From an uncultured virus (IMG/VR IMGVR_UViG_3300032299_001035) (Duplodnaviria; Heunggongvirae; Uroviricota; Caudoviricetes): a DNA stretch of 64,000 nt. Made by a program: the position numbers and the translations under genes. This document shows positions 21,168 to 31,482 of the stretch, piece after piece (the first letter of the stretch is position 1; every line of letters begins with the position of its first letter). The notes below the pieces were generated by a model. The model worked only from the letters and a program-made list of their open reading frames with translations. It was not told the DNA's origin and did not search any database. The stretch is taken from IMG/VR virus record IMGVR_UViG_3300032299_001035; one strand, written 5' to 3'.

Positions 21168-21386
21168 TTAATCTTTTTTATAAGTTTCATTATAATATTG
21201 TTCAGCTGTCATATCATTTTTAGCTGTAACCCCTTTAGTCCATGTGTTTAATATTTGTTGTTTTTCCATATCTAATGCTTTTTTTTGTAAATGTTCTAAA
21301 TTTTTGTGCATCATTGAACTGCTGTTAAAATATTTTTGTTTAAATAATTCATCAACTATCCATTGAACGGCTGTTTTTTCTTTCAT
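21168..21386 (-). CDS. TAVxW...AEQYYNET family small protein
   Basis: Paralogous to 39056-39265. Confidence 0.75.
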   Translation of the reverse strand: MKEKTAVQWIVDELFKQKYFNSSSMMHKNLEHLQKKALDMEKQQILNTWTKGVTAKNDMTAEQYYNETYKKD

Positions 21387-21443
21387 TTTTTTATTTAAGT
21401 TTTTTAGTGTATATTATATGTATATATTTATAAATCTTTTGTT

Positions 21444-21770
21444 ATGGCAATATCTACTGAAAAATCAGTTATAAATTCTATAAAATCATGGTTGTTCCCA
21501 TCTATGGTTACTATTTTAAGTTATGTTTTATATGAAGACATTAAAGAAATTAAAGCAGATGTTAAGCAATTGTTAGCACAATCAGCTTCTGACCATACAG
21601 AAATAATTAATTTAAAAAGTCAAGTAAATACTTTAAATACTAAAGTATTTGTTTATTCAGATAATAAGTCTAAAGATAATAAATATCCATTATATAACCA
21701 AAATAATAAGCTTTTATTTATTAATCAAAATGATGAAAATAAAAATAACTATAAAAAAATAAAAATCTAA
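21444..21770 (+). CDS. Single-TM plus coiled-coil lysis-cassette protein (holin/antiholin-like)
   Basis: N-terminal hydrophobic segment then coiled coil; first gene of the lysis island. Confidence 0.5.
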   Translation: MAISTEKSVINSIKSWLFPSMVTILSYVLYEDIKEIKADVKQLLAQSASDHTEIINLKSQVNTLNTKVFVYSDNKSKDNKYPLYNQNNKLLFINQNDENKNNYKKIKI

Positions 21771-22312
21771 TGAAAATTTTAATTAATTCTTTAAATGTTG
21801 CATTGTTTATATTAGTATTTTTATTAATGGGTTCTTGTAATCCTGTAAAAATTGTATTAAATAACAATCAAAAGTTTGAAAAAGTAGCTAAAGAAGTAGT
21901 AAAACGTGGATATTGTATTAATGATACAGTAATTGTTGATGTAGTAAAAATAGATACATTAATTCAAAATAACTATATTACAGATACTATATCTATTACT
22001 ACAAAAGATACTGTTTTAGCATCAGGAACTAGCATTTCTGTTAAAAATGACAAAGTTTATGTAAAATGTCCTCCTACTAAAAGCATTGTTCAAACACTTA
22101 CTAAGAATAATTACATTAGAGATGTTAAATTAGAATCTATATTAAAGAAAGAAAATACTGAAAAAACAGATAGTATTAGAAATTTAAAAATAGATATTAA
22201 AGATAAAAATGTAAAAATTGTTAAAGAAACAGCAAAATTTTATATATTGTTAGCTATAGTTGCAATAGCTGTTGTTCTTTACACATTAAATAAATTTAAA
22301 AAATTATATTAA
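21770..22312 (+). CDS. Putative unimolecular spanin
   Basis: Signal peptide with lipobox LMGSC, beta-rich middle, C-terminal TM FYILLAIVAIAVVLYTL. Confidence 0.65.
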   Translation: MKILINSLNVALFILVFLLMGSCNPVKIVLNNNQKFEKVAKEVVKRGYCINDTVIVDVVKIDTLIQNNYITDTISITTKDTVLASGTSISVKNDKVYVKCPPTKSIVQTLTKNNYIRDVKLESILKKENTEKTDSIRNLKIDIKDKNVKIVKETAKFYILLAIVAIAVVLYTLNKFKKLY

Positions 22313-22331
22313 CCTAAAATATACCTACATT

Positions 22332-22583
22332 ATGAACTTTAAACAATGGATAATTGATTTATTCAAAGACGAAAGAGGATCTACATCAGTTAAACCTGTA
22401 GTAGCATTTATTGGAACATTATTTTTGTGTGTAACTATGACATTAAACAGTTATTCACATAAAGATTTTGAACCATCAGAATCATTAGTTAATGCTGTGT
22501 TAGTTATCACTGCTATTGGTATGGGTGCTGATACAATAGATAAATTTACTAAAAAATCAAACAATACAACTGAAAATAATTAA
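22332..22583 (+). CDS. Putative holin (2 TM)
   Basis: Two TM segments, charged C-terminus, upstream of endolysin. Confidence 0.6.
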   Translation: MNFKQWIIDLFKDERGSTSVKPVVAFIGTLFLCVTMTLNSYSHKDFEPSESLVNAVLVITAIGMGADTIDKFTKKSNNTTENN

Positions 22584-22585
22584 AT

Positions 22586-22888
22586 ATGTTTAGTACAAAT
22601 CATTTATGGGTAACAATACTTGGTGTAACCATGTCTATGTTATTTATTGTGCTATCTGTATATTTTATAAATAAATTATTTATTAATGATACTAAAGACT
22701 TACTTGTAAGATTTATATTAGTAATATTTGGGGCATTAGTAGCAGTATTTATTGTAGATAAAGTAATAGCTTTTAAAATACCTTTAATAGCTAAAGAATT
22801 AAATTTACAATTGTTTGATTTAATTAAAACATTAACTTTGATGATATTTTCATATTATTTTGGTACTCAAAAATTATCTAAAGAATAA
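22586..22888 (+). CDS. Putative holin-like membrane protein (3 TM)
   Basis: Three hydrophobic segments, SYYFGT C-terminal motif. Confidence 0.55.
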   Translation: MFSTNHLWVTILGVTMSMLFIVLSVYFINKLFINDTKDLLVRFILVIFGALVAVFIVDKVIAFKIPLIAKELNLQLFDLIKTLTLMIFSYYFGTQKLSKE

Positions 22889-22899
22889 ATTAAAAACAT

Positions 22900-23715
22900 A
22901 TGTTGCTTAAAAACGGTTCAAAAGGAGAAGAAGTTAAACAACTTCAAAAAAAATTAGGCTTAGCTGCTGATGGAATATTTGGTAATGGTACAGAAGCCAA
23001 AGTAAAAGAATGGCAAGCTGCTAATGGATTAACTGCTGATGGTATAGTAGGAGATGCTACATGGTCTAAAATGTTTGGATTAACTCCTGTAGCTGCTACT
23101 GCAATACCAGCATCTGATTTTAAATTAGCTAACCTAAAAGGACATCTTCCTGATGCAGTAATTGCACAAATTCCTGATACAGCAAAGAAATTTAACATAA
23201 CTAATCCTTTAAGATTAGCTCATTTCTTAGCACAATGTGGTCATGAATCTGCCGGTTTTAAAGCTGTATCTGAAAATTTAAACTATTCAGCTGATGGTTT
23301 AGTTAAAATATTTGGTAAATACTTTAATTCTGCTACAGCTGCTGCATATGCACGTCAACCAGAAAAAATTGCATCTAAAGTTTATGCTAATAGAATGGAA
23401 AATGGTAATGAAGCTTCTAAAGATGGTTGGAAATTCCGTGGAAGAGGTTACATTCAATTAACTGGTAAATCAAATTATACATTATTTGATGCAACAGTAG
23501 AAGATAACATACTTGCAAATCCAGATTTAGTAGCAACTAAATATCCTTTAGCTTCAGCAGCTTTCTTCTTTGATTCTAATAAACTTTGGTCTATTTGTGA
23601 CTTAGGGGCATCAGATGATGTTGTTACTAAAGTTACTAAAAGAGTAAATGGAGGTACAATTGGTTTAAGTGCACGCATTAAAGAATTTAAAGAATTTTAT
23701 AAACTTCTTTCTTAA
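22900..23715 (+). CDS. Endolysin: peptidoglycan-binding domain plus GH19 chitinase-like catalytic domain
   Basis: ADGIFG..T and ADGIVG..TW repeats; AHFLAQCGHES; ENLNYS; FRGRGYIQLTG; RVNGG. Confidence 0.92.
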   Translation: MLLKNGSKGEEVKQLQKKLGLAADGIFGNGTEAKVKEWQAANGLTADGIVGDATWSKMFGLTPVAATAIPASDFKLANLKGHLPDAVIAQIPDTAKKFNITNPLRLAHFLAQCGHESAGFKAVSENLNYSADGLVKIFGKYFNSATAAAYARQPEKIASKVYANRMENGNEASKDGWKFRGRGYIQLTGKSNYTLFDATVEDNILANPDLVATKYPLASAAFFFDSNKLWSICDLGASDDVVTKVTKRVNGGTIGLSARIKEFKEFYKLLS

Positions 23716-24419
23716 TGGATTATCAAAAAATATATAATAATTTAATGTCTACAAGACTTTTGTTAAAAAAACAAAGGTATGCAGATAAAAAATTAGGAAT
23801 TTATTTTGAAGGACATCATATACTTCCTAAAGCTAAAGGAGGTACTGGTACAAGTAGTAGAGGATTAAATAATTCTAATATAGTTTTTTTAACTGCTCGT
23901 GAACATTTTTTAGCTCATTGGTTATTATGGAGAATACATGGTGACAGATCTTCTGCTTTAGCATTTCATAAAATGATGTCAACTAATAAAAATCAAAATA
24001 GAATTAAATCTTCTAAAGGATATGAAGAAGCTAGATTAGCTTTTAGTGAAACAAACAAAGGAAACCAATATGGTAAAGGTCAAATAAAAATTGTTTCTGA
24101 AGAACAAAAAAAGCGTCAATCTGAATTAATGAAAGGTAGATATACGGGTGAAAAAAATCCATTTTATGGTAAAATTCATAGTAAAACTACTAAACATTTA
24201 TTAAGTGAAAAAGCTAAATTACGCCCTATGGAATCATTAGGTAATTACAAAGGTATAAAACAAGTAATTTTTAATGAATTAATTGTAGGAGAATTTAAAA
24301 GTTCTAAAGAAATTGCTGAATTCATAGGATGTTCTCATAGTAATGTAAGACATGTATTATCTGGTAAACAAAAAACAGCTAAAAAATTTAAAATTATATA
24401 TAAACTTTTAATATTATAA
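23715..24419 (+). mobile_element. Free-standing HNH homing endonuclease with NUMOD3-like DNA-binding repeats
   Basis: EGHHILPK...NIVFLTAREHFLAHWLL; GEKNPFYGKIHS; C-terminal HTH; TAATG overlap with the lysin stop. Confidence 0.85.
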
Positions 24420-24461
24420 AACACTTTAAAGAATATTATTCATTATTAAAATAAAAAAATT

Positions 24462-25151
24462 ATGTCAATACTAAATCCTATAAATCAAAAATCTTTCTAT
24501 GTAAGTAGTCCAGATGTTAATAAACTTATTGCACAAATTAATGCTGCTTTACAAAATGGTTGGGGTAATACTACTAACGGTTTGTATTCAGTTATATCAG
24601 GTGGTGTAAATAACATTACAACTGCTGATTATGCATTTATAGGAAGTGCTACTGGTGCAGCTGCTACATTAACAGGACAAGTAGTTAACTCATCTTATAC
24701 ACAAACACCTTTTATAAGCCAAGCATCTAGATTTACATTAACTAAAGAAATTACAGGAACTTCTGCTACAGTATTAACTTTAACTAATAATGAATTACCT
24801 GTTATGACATTACAACCAGGTGTTTCTGCTAAATCTTGGAATGTTACTATGCAAGTTATTGCAATATGTAAAGTGGGTAGTGCAGATAATTTTCAAACAA
24901 ATGATGTATATTCTGCAAATTTTGCAGGTACTATTACAAATAATGGGGCACATGTATTTATAGTAGGTGGTGTTTTTGAACAAATTGGTGCAGGACAATC
25001 AGATGCTGATATGGGTACTTGTGTAGTTACTATTGCTGCTGATGATACTAATAAATCATTACAAGTAACATTTACACCTCCTACTACTGCCATATCTACT
25101 AGTAAAATAAATGTTATAGCTTCTGTATCATTAGCTGAAATAGGATGGTAA
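24462..25151 (+). CDS. Putative structural/fibre-like protein
   Basis: Thr/Gly/Ala/Val-rich beta protein with YSVISGGVNN-type repeat. Confidence 0.55.
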   Translation: MSILNPINQKSFYVSSPDVNKLIAQINAALQNGWGNTTNGLYSVISGGVNNITTADYAFIGSATGAAATLTGQVVNSSYTQTPFISQASRFTLTKEITGTSATVLTLTNNELPVMTLQPGVSAKSWNVTMQVIAICKVGSADNFQTNDVYSANFAGTITNNGAHVFIVGGVFEQIGAGQSDADMGTCVVTIAADDTNKSLQVTFTPPTTAISTSKINVIASVSLAEIGW

Positions 25152-25154
25152 ACA

Positions 25155-25178
25155 AGGCTATTAATTAAAATAGCCTTA
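25155..25178. terminator. Hairpin between convergent genes
   Basis: aaggctatt-aattaa-aatagcctt. Confidence 0.6.
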
Positions 25179-25192
25179 TTTAACATTACTAT

Positions 25193-26938
25193 TTAGCCTA
25201 TAGTATATCCTCTTTCATTTACTTTTTTAACATCATCACCATTAAATACTATCAATTGATTATTTGCACGGTATTGATCTAAAGCATGTTTTGCTACCCT
25301 ATTAAATGATGCCCCTGCAACTCCTAGTATAAATGCTTTTTCAGAATAATATTTTATACTATCATCTGCATCTGTTATAACAATTGAAGGTTTATCTTTA
25401 TTAATAATATCACTAATAACTAAATCTAAAGATGTTCCACCAGAAGTATCTATAGTTAATACACTACTTAAATCTACATCATTTAGTTTTTTAATTTTTG
25501 TATTAAATGTATAAATTTCATTTATAACATCCATTTTTTTAAGTTTTAATAATAAAGCTTTAGAAAATGTCAATTTATCCATTGGTGTATCTTTAATACC
25601 TGCACTAGATGACATAGAACCAGATACATCTAGATAAACATTAACTTTTCCAACTTTTTGTGGTTCTCTAATTTGTATATCTTCTAACATTAAATTTTTA
25701 AATTTAGGGTGAAAATATTCAAATCCAAGAATTTCACTTATTTCTGGATTGTTTAAGAATTCATCATATACATCTGTAGTTTTACTTTCAAAATATGAAA
25801 AACTTTTATCTACTATTTTTTTAATGTATGGTTTTAAAGAATCTGAATTTAATTCAATTGTTTTTAAAGTGGTACTTACTTTTCTTAAATTTTCAGCATT
25901 GAATTTTTTAAAATCTTTTGTATCCCAATGTTTTTTAATTTCATCTTCAGACATTACTTTTTCAATATAATCAATGTTTTCTTTAGCTTGTTCAACTACA
26001 TCATCAAAAAGTTTTTTATTTTCTTTACTTGGACCTAAAATTTTATTTAACATTTCTTCAGGTGATAGTTGTTTTTGAGTACCACTGTTTTTTCCTGCTC
26101 CACTAGTATTATTTTGTTTAGGAGAATCATCTTCATCTACATCATACTGGTTCAATTCTTGACTATCATTAGGAACAATACTAACATTTTGATTTGTTGT
26201 ATTATCTTGTTGATTATCAACGGGTTGTAAAATTATATCTGTTTTATTACCATTATCACTACCACTATTATCATCAGTACTATCATCAGCATCACCTTTT
26301 TGATTACTACTAGAAGGTTGAGCTTGACTTTTGTCATCAGAATCAGTATTATTATTTTTAAGACTGTTCATTAAATTTTGATAATCTTCTGGATTATCTA
26401 TTTTTAATTGAACCAATAAACTTAAATAATATTGTAATATGTTCTGTGTAAATATTAAACTTCTAATATTAGAATTATTTGTAATAATTTTTAAAACAGA
26501 ATCATTTGCTTTATCAATAAATTTAAATCTATTTTTATTACCTGAAGTTCTGTCTTTATACTTTAATTTATAAGAATTAGTATTAAACTGATTAAAAACA
26601 TCAAAAATAATTTCTTTAGGAAAATCAAAATATATTTCCCTCATTTCACCCCATAATTTAGTTTTAGAAATATCAAGTCCTGTTGTAGCTATACTTTTTT
26701 TATTTACTACATTATGAATTTTATCAAATACTTTATTATCTTCCATTTGATAGTTTACAAAATGAAACAAACTATTTCTTAAAATTTCTGTATCAATACT
26801 ATGTAAATAAGGTTCAATGATTTCATTTCTTTTAAAATATGTAATATTTGAAAACTTATTTGTTTTTACTACATTATCTATTTTGCCAGTTTTTACTCTT
26901 TCAAGTATAGTTGACATACTTTTATATGCTTTTGCCAT
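25193..26938 (-). CDS. VWA-domain protein (ViaA-like partner of a MoxR ATPase)
   Basis: MIDAS YLDVSGSMS, SGGT, VITDA; acidic low-complexity linker. Confidence 0.85.
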   Translation of the reverse strand: MAKAYKSMSTILERVKTGKIDNVVKTNKFSNITYFKRNEIIEPYLHSIDTEILRNSLFHFVNYQMEDNKVFDKIHNVVNKKSIATTGLDISKTKLWGEMREIYFDFPKEIIFDVFNQFNTNSYKLKYKDRTSGNKNRFKFIDKANDSVLKIITNNSNIRSLIFTQNILQYYLSLLVQLKIDNPEDYQNLMNSLKNNNTDSDDKSQAQPSSSNQKGDADDSTDDNSGSDNGNKTDIILQPVDNQQDNTTNQNVSIVPNDSQELNQYDVDEDDSPKQNNTSGAGKNSGTQKQLSPEEMLNKILGPSKENKKLFDDVVEQAKENIDYIEKVMSEDEIKKHWDTKDFKKFNAENLRKVSTTLKTIELNSDSLKPYIKKIVDKSFSYFESKTTDVYDEFLNNPEISEILGFEYFHPKFKNLMLEDIQIREPQKVGKVNVYLDVSGSMSSSAGIKDTPMDKLTFSKALLLKLKKMDVINEIYTFNTKIKKLNDVDLSSVLTIDTSGGTSLDLVISDIINKDKPSIVITDADDSIKYYSEKAFILGVAGASFNRVAKHALDQYRANNQLIVFNGDDVKKVNERGYTIG

Positions 26939-26942
26939 ATTA

Positions 26943-27302
26943 TCATTTATTATTTTTTACTAATTCTATTAATTTTTTAAGGCAAGCAAGTTCTGCTTCT
27001 TCATAGGTTTTATTTTTCTGAAGAATAAATGTTGTTGTATAATTGTTGATTGGTATATGTATGACCACATCGTTGGTTCTACCGATTGAATAACTACACC
27101 CATGTTTTTCTCTAAAAAATCTAAAGGCTTGTTGGTAAAGTGGTGCTTGTAAACAATTATTAGTGTTAAAAGATAAATTTCTATAAATCTTCCATTTTAA
27201 TTCTAAATCATCCGCGTCTAAATAATGTCCTGCACATTCTTCTTTAAAACCTAATTCTTTAAGTTCTAATGCTTGTTCGTAAGGGATAAATTCTTTATTC
27301 AT
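26943..27302 (-). CDS. Conserved small phage protein
   Basis: EFIPYEQALELKELGF...APLYQQAFRFFREK...YEEAELACL. Confidence 0.75.
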   Translation of the reverse strand: MNKEFIPYEQALELKELGFKEECAGHYLDADDLELKWKIYRNLSFNTNNCLQAPLYQQAFRFFREKHGCSYSIGRTNDVVIHIPINNYTTTFILQKNKTYEEAELACLKKLIELVKNNK

Positions 27303-27322
27303 ATTATATTATGTTTTTAAAA

Positions 27323-27358
27323 ATAATAAGAAAGGAAAATTAATTCCCTTCTTATTAT
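27323..27358 (-). terminator. Terminator-like hairpin
   Basis: ataataagaa-agg...cc-ttcttattat inverted repeat. Confidence 0.55.
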
Positions 27359-27375
27359 AATTATGTTTAAAATGC

Positions 27376-28515
27376 TTAAAATGGTAATGCTTCAGTTAAA
27401 GAAGATTCTGATAGAATTTCTACTGTATTTTCTAATACTTCTTCAGCATTATGTAAAGGATGTTGCTCTAATACATAAGATAAAGTTGTTTCAATTTCAT
27501 TTACATCTTCTTGATTAATTGTACCATTAGCAGCATAAGATGAAGTTAAGTTTTCTATTTCTACTAAAGCTTGTTGCAATGCATCTTGAGAATTATAACT
27601 TTGTAATGTTTCAATTTTATTTAAGATGTGCTTGATTTCAGTTGAATACAATTTATTTTGTAAATCAGAAGCAGAAGTATTATTAATCATAATAGAAGCC
27701 ACTTTAACCAATGCTTTATCTACACTGATATTCCAGATTAAACTAACTGCTTTAGTTAATAAAGGAACATATGTTAAGGTTCTATCAGATAAATTACTAT
27801 AACCAACTTCTAAGAATTTTTCTAATTTAGAAATTGGAACAATTACATTAGCTAGTTCATCTTTATTTGGAATTCCTAATTCTATGATTTCTTGATAATT
27901 TTTATTATCAGCACCATAATATTTAGTCATTTGACCAGCAGAAATTCTAGAAACATTCATTTTTAAAATAAATCTATCCCAAAATGGACTTGATACCTCA
28001 TCTTTTGGTATTTCATTACAAGTTGCAACAAATAATTTCCATTTACAAGGTAATTTATGTTTACCGTTAAATAAGAATTTCTCATTCATTACACCTAATA
28101 AGGAATTACGTATGTTAGAACTAGCTTTATCCACCTCATTAATTACTGCAATATCAGCTGTAGTTATAGGTGCAATAGTTTCATATTTATTTTCAGTAAA
28201 CAATTTTTCTAAATCAGGTAAACCTTTTACCTCACTGCTTTTAGTACCCTCATCTGTTTCTAGAATATATAATTTATTCATAAAATCAGTATTAGTAACT
28301 TTAGTATTGTCTTTTTGTAACCATGCTTTAGAATATTCAATAACAGTTTTAGTTTTAGCTGTACCCGGTTTTCCTACAAGTAAGATTGGTAAAGAAGTAG
28401 CTTCTGCTAATGCTAACATTTTAAATACATCTTCTTTATCTATAAGAGAACTATTAATAGTTCTTGTTTCTAACAATTTACTTTTGTTGTTCTTTTTAAT
28501 TTTTACTGGTGTCAT
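27376..28515 (-). CDS. MoxR/RavA-family AAA+ ATPase
   Basis: GKPGTAKT; VINEVDKA; NSLLGVMNE; ATCNE; WDRF. Confidence 0.85.
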   Translation of the reverse strand: MTPVKIKKNNKSKLLETRTINSSLIDKEDVFKMLALAEATSLPILLVGKPGTAKTKTVIEYSKAWLQKDNTKVTNTDFMNKLYILETDEGTKSSEVKGLPDLEKLFTENKYETIAPITTADIAVINEVDKASSNIRNSLLGVMNEKFLFNGKHKLPCKWKLFVATCNEIPKDEVSSPFWDRFILKMNVSRISAGQMTKYYGADNKNYQEIIELGIPNKDELANVIVPISKLEKFLEVGYSNLSDRTLTYVPLLTKAVSLIWNISVDKALVKVASIMINNTSASDLQNKLYSTEIKHILNKIETLQSYNSQDALQQALVEIENLTSSYAANGTINQEDVNEIETTLSYVLEQHPLHNAEEVLENTVEILSESSLTEALPF

Positions 28516-28540
28516 TTTTTTAATTTTTAAGTTTAGTTTA

Positions 28541-28897
28541 TTAGATGTTTAAGAATAATGCTGAATCATTAGATTCTTCTTTTTCAATCATTAAGTTTTC
28601 TATAGCAAGAGCTTCTTCTGAAAAGTCTGTAAATAAATTTGCTGTTTCAGTTGTTTTTTTAGTTTCTTTTACATTTACATCATCAATAATATTAAATATT
28701 ACAATATTAGGTTCTACATCTTTTAATTGAGGATGCTTTTTAATATGCTCAATTTGATAATCTGTTGCATTATATTTTTCTTGGATACTACCATATCCTA
28801 CATCTTCTTTTTTAAACCATGTATGTCCATTGTTTAAATCTTCTAATAAAATTGATAATTTTAAGTCTACTTTTTTTGCGTTCATAATTTTAACCAT
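28541..28897 (-). CDS. Hypothetical protein
   Basis: 118-aa ORF in operon. Confidence 0.7.
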   Translation of the reverse strand: MVKIMNAKKVDLKLSILLEDLNNGHTWFKKEDVGYGSIQEKYNATDYQIEHIKKHPQLKDVEPNIVIFNIIDDVNVKETKKTTETANLFTDFSEEALAIENLMIEKEESNDSALFLNI

Positions 28898-29613
28898 TTA
28901 ATTGTTTTAATATTTAAATCTTTTAGTTTGTTATTGCATTTATTAAAGCAATCATTGCAATCCCAATATTCAATATTTTTACCAATTACTGAATCTGGAT
29001 GGGATGCTTTAATTACATAATGTTTGTCTTCATCTATTAAATCTTCATACGTATGTGCATTAGGACCTAATAAAATAAAAAGTATATTTTCTTTTTTAGT
29101 ATTTATAGAATCTATAAAATAACTTATAAATTCCTTCCATATATCATAATGGCTTGTTTTCTTATCAATTTCACAAGTTAAAGATGTATTTAATAATAAT
29201 ACACCTTGTTCAGTTAAATAACTTAAACTTGGATTTATTGCTTCAGGCATTTCTAATTCTGGGTGTACTGTTTTATATATACTTTTAACAAAATTCTTTA
29301 AATCTAATTTTATTTTTTGAGTATTATTACAGCAAAATGCCAATCCATTAGCTACACCCAGATGTTCATATGGATTTTCTGCTAAAATAATAACTTTTAA
29401 ATTATCATAAGTACATTCTTCAAATGTTTTAAATACATCTTTTATAGGAGGAGTAAATCTTTTATTTTCTTGTTTTAGTGAATATAATTGAAATAATATC
29501 TTATCAAAATCACTGCTATTTATAAAAAACTTTAAGTTATTCCATCCTGATTTTAGTAAAGAATCAAATAATTTTAATTTTATTTCATTTATATTTGGTA
29601 TTTTATAATCCAT
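28882..29613 (-). CDS. ung: Uracil-DNA glycosylase family 1 homologue with altered catalytic motif
   Basis: KVIILAENPY, ANGLAF, QGVLLLNTSLT, ASHP. Confidence 0.85.
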   Translation of the reverse strand: MDYKIPNINEIKLKLFDSLLKSGWNNLKFFINSSDFDKILFQLYSLKQENKRFTPPIKDVFKTFEECTYDNLKVIILAENPYEHLGVANGLAFCCNNTQKIKLDLKNFVKSIYKTVHPELEMPEAINPSLSYLTEQGVLLLNTSLTCEIDKKTSHYDIWKEFISYFIDSINTKKENILFILLGPNAHTYEDLIDEDKHYVIKASHPDSVIGKNIEYWDCNDCFNKCNNKLKDLNIKTIKWLKL

Positions 29614-29641
29614 TGTTTATTTTTGTTTAAAATATATTAAA

Positions 29642-30010
29642 ATGTCAAATTCATTTAGTTCAAAATTACAAGACGAAACATTAGCACCATTTTTAAAGAA
29701 AGATGCTATTGTTACCATTAAAATTGGTACTGGTTATTTACAACAAATTGCTAGTATTATCACCCTTTTAGTTGAAGGTAAAACTCAAGAAGATTTAAAA
29801 AATATTGAGGAAAAAATTAAAAACAAAGAAGAATTAGAACCTTGGATGGCTGCTATTGCAACTTTACAGGTATTAATTCGTACTGTTTTTGAAGAAGCTG
29901 ACAAAGAAGGTTTAGTTGAATACAAAAATTTAGAAGAAAGTCTAAAAGAAGATTTAGACATTCCTTCTTCTACAATTGATAATTCACCTTCAGAGCAATC
30001 TCCTGAATAG
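29642..30010 (+). CDS. Hypothetical protein, lone plus-strand gene
   Basis: 122-aa ORF filling the gap between minus-strand genes. Confidence 0.7.
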   Translation: MSNSFSSKLQDETLAPFLKKDAIVTIKIGTGYLQQIASIITLLVEGKTQEDLKNIEEKIKNKEELEPWMAAIATLQVLIRTVFEEADKEGLVEYKNLEESLKEDLDIPSSTIDNSPSEQSPE

Positions 30011-30347
30011 TTTGTATAACTAAACTTAAATCATCTTTGGAGCATTCTCCAAATGATTTACATATTAAATTATTAGAGCTGGTATAACACATACCAGCTT
30101 CTTTTTTTACATATAATTTCATTTCTTCAAAAGTATATCCAGTATGATTGGATAATTCTTTAATCATTGCATGAATTTTTGCTAATTGTGCCAATGTTCC
30201 ATTACTTTCTTGAATATCAATAAAAAATTCTAATGTTGTACCTTCTGGTAAGCTATTAATATAATTATCATACAGCTTCTTATTAGAAGGTATAAAATGT
30301 TCTAGCTTACCATTTTTCTTTATTAGTTTATTAAAATATCCACTCAT
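29970..30347 (-). CDS. NinB/YbcN-like protein
   Basis: T.AQLAKIHAMIKEL..HTG....EMK...K; SF..CSK.DLS..I. Confidence 0.55.
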   Translation of the reverse strand: MSGYFNKLIKKNGKLEHFIPSNKKLYDNYINSLPEGTTLEFFIDIQESNGTLAQLAKIHAMIKELSNHTGYTFEEMKLYVKKEAGMCYTSSNNLICKSFGECSKDDLSLVIQTIQEIALKVNYQL

Positions 30348-30357
30348 GTCTTATATT

Positions 30358-30744
30358 TTAAAATCCTACAATATAAGGTTTTATATTTTTTAATTTTTTT
30401 AATATATTTTTACCTTCTACATCATCTAAAAATGTAACAGCTCTTTCTATATCTTGTACAGAAGATAAAATATCAGATGTCTCACCTTCATCTGTAGTAC
30501 CTGTTACTAAACCATGTCCATAATAAGGTTGTGGACTATTATTAAAAACAAAACATCCTTTATAAGATTCTCCATCATTATTATATAAACCTTCATCATC
30601 TACATATAAAACATCTAGGTTTTTTAACATAGTTGGACATGTAAATAATTCACAGTCTAAATTAGAATAAATACTTTCTAATGTATCATCTATATCTACT
30701 GAATAAACAGATCTATCTATTACATCAATTTTTATTGCTTTCAT
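30358..30744 (-). CDS. DUF3846-like protein
   Basis: LYVDDEGL and G.GLVTG...GET motifs. Confidence 0.6.
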   Translation of the reverse strand: MKAIKIDVIDRSVYSVDIDDTLESIYSNLDCELFTCPTMLKNLDVLYVDDEGLYNNDGESYKGCFVFNNSPQPYYGHGLVTGTTDEGETSDILSSVQDIERAVTFLDDVEGKNILKKLKNIKPYIVGF

Positions 30745-31022
30745 ATATTTTTTATTTTATTTTTTATTTTATAAACTATAAATTTAAAACAAGAATTAAT
30801 TATTAAAAATTTATAATAACTACAATTATTTTTCTTATTAACTGTATAAATCTGTGTACTGTTTTCTAAAAAGAAATCATCCATTTTATAAAATTTAACA
30901 ATTGTCCATTTATAATTAGTAAAAAATGTAAAATAATAGTTAAAGAAATAACCATCTGTTTCTATTGAATTAACGTATTTATTATTTTTTATTTTAAACG
31001 GGTTTATTTTAAATATATTCAT
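30741..31022 (-). CDS. Hypothetical protein
   Basis: 93-aa ORF in operon. Confidence 0.5.
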   Translation of the reverse strand: MNIFKINPFKIKNNKYVNSIETDGYFFNYYFTFFTNYKWTIVKFYKMDDFFLENSTQIYTVNKKNNCSYYKFLIINSCFKFIVYKIKNKIKNI

Positions 31023-31033
31023 AATAATTTATT

Positions 31034-31477
31034 TTACCAGCTTGAATTATAATAAATAGGATCATCACAATTTAATAATGGTTCTAATATTTTTATTGTG
31101 TGTTGTAAATCTTTCATATAATATTCATCATATTCATATGAACCAAAAAAGAATCCTGTATGTGTAGGTAATAATTCTTCTGCTTTTTGTGGATTATTAA
31201 TTATTTCTATACATAAATCATATAATTCTTTAATTTGTTCATCTGAAACATAATATTCTTTACAATCATCATCACCTTCTTGAACATTATCTACAAACCA
31301 TTTATGTATTTGATTTGCTTTTCTCCAATATCCTACTTCATATACTAAATATTCTAAATCTTTTAAAGGATATTCTTTATCAAAAATTTCTACTGTTTTA
31401 TCTACTATTTGATGTGTATTGTTTTTACGGTTACTATTAACCCATGTTTTTTTATATAAATACTGATCTAATCCCAT
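31034..31477 (-). CDS. Conserved phage protein (MGLDQY/YWRKANQIH family)
   Basis: YWRKANQIHKWF; LLPT..GFFFGS..YDEYY; YY.SSW. Confidence 0.8.
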   Translation of the reverse strand: MGLDQYLYKKTWVNSNRKNNTHQIVDKTVEIFDKEYPLKDLEYLVYEVGYWRKANQIHKWFVDNVQEGDDDCKEYYVSDEQIKELYDLCIEIINNPQKAEELLPTHTGFFFGSYEYDEYYMKDLQHTIKILEPLLNCDDPIYYNSSW

Positions 31478-31482
31478 TTTTT

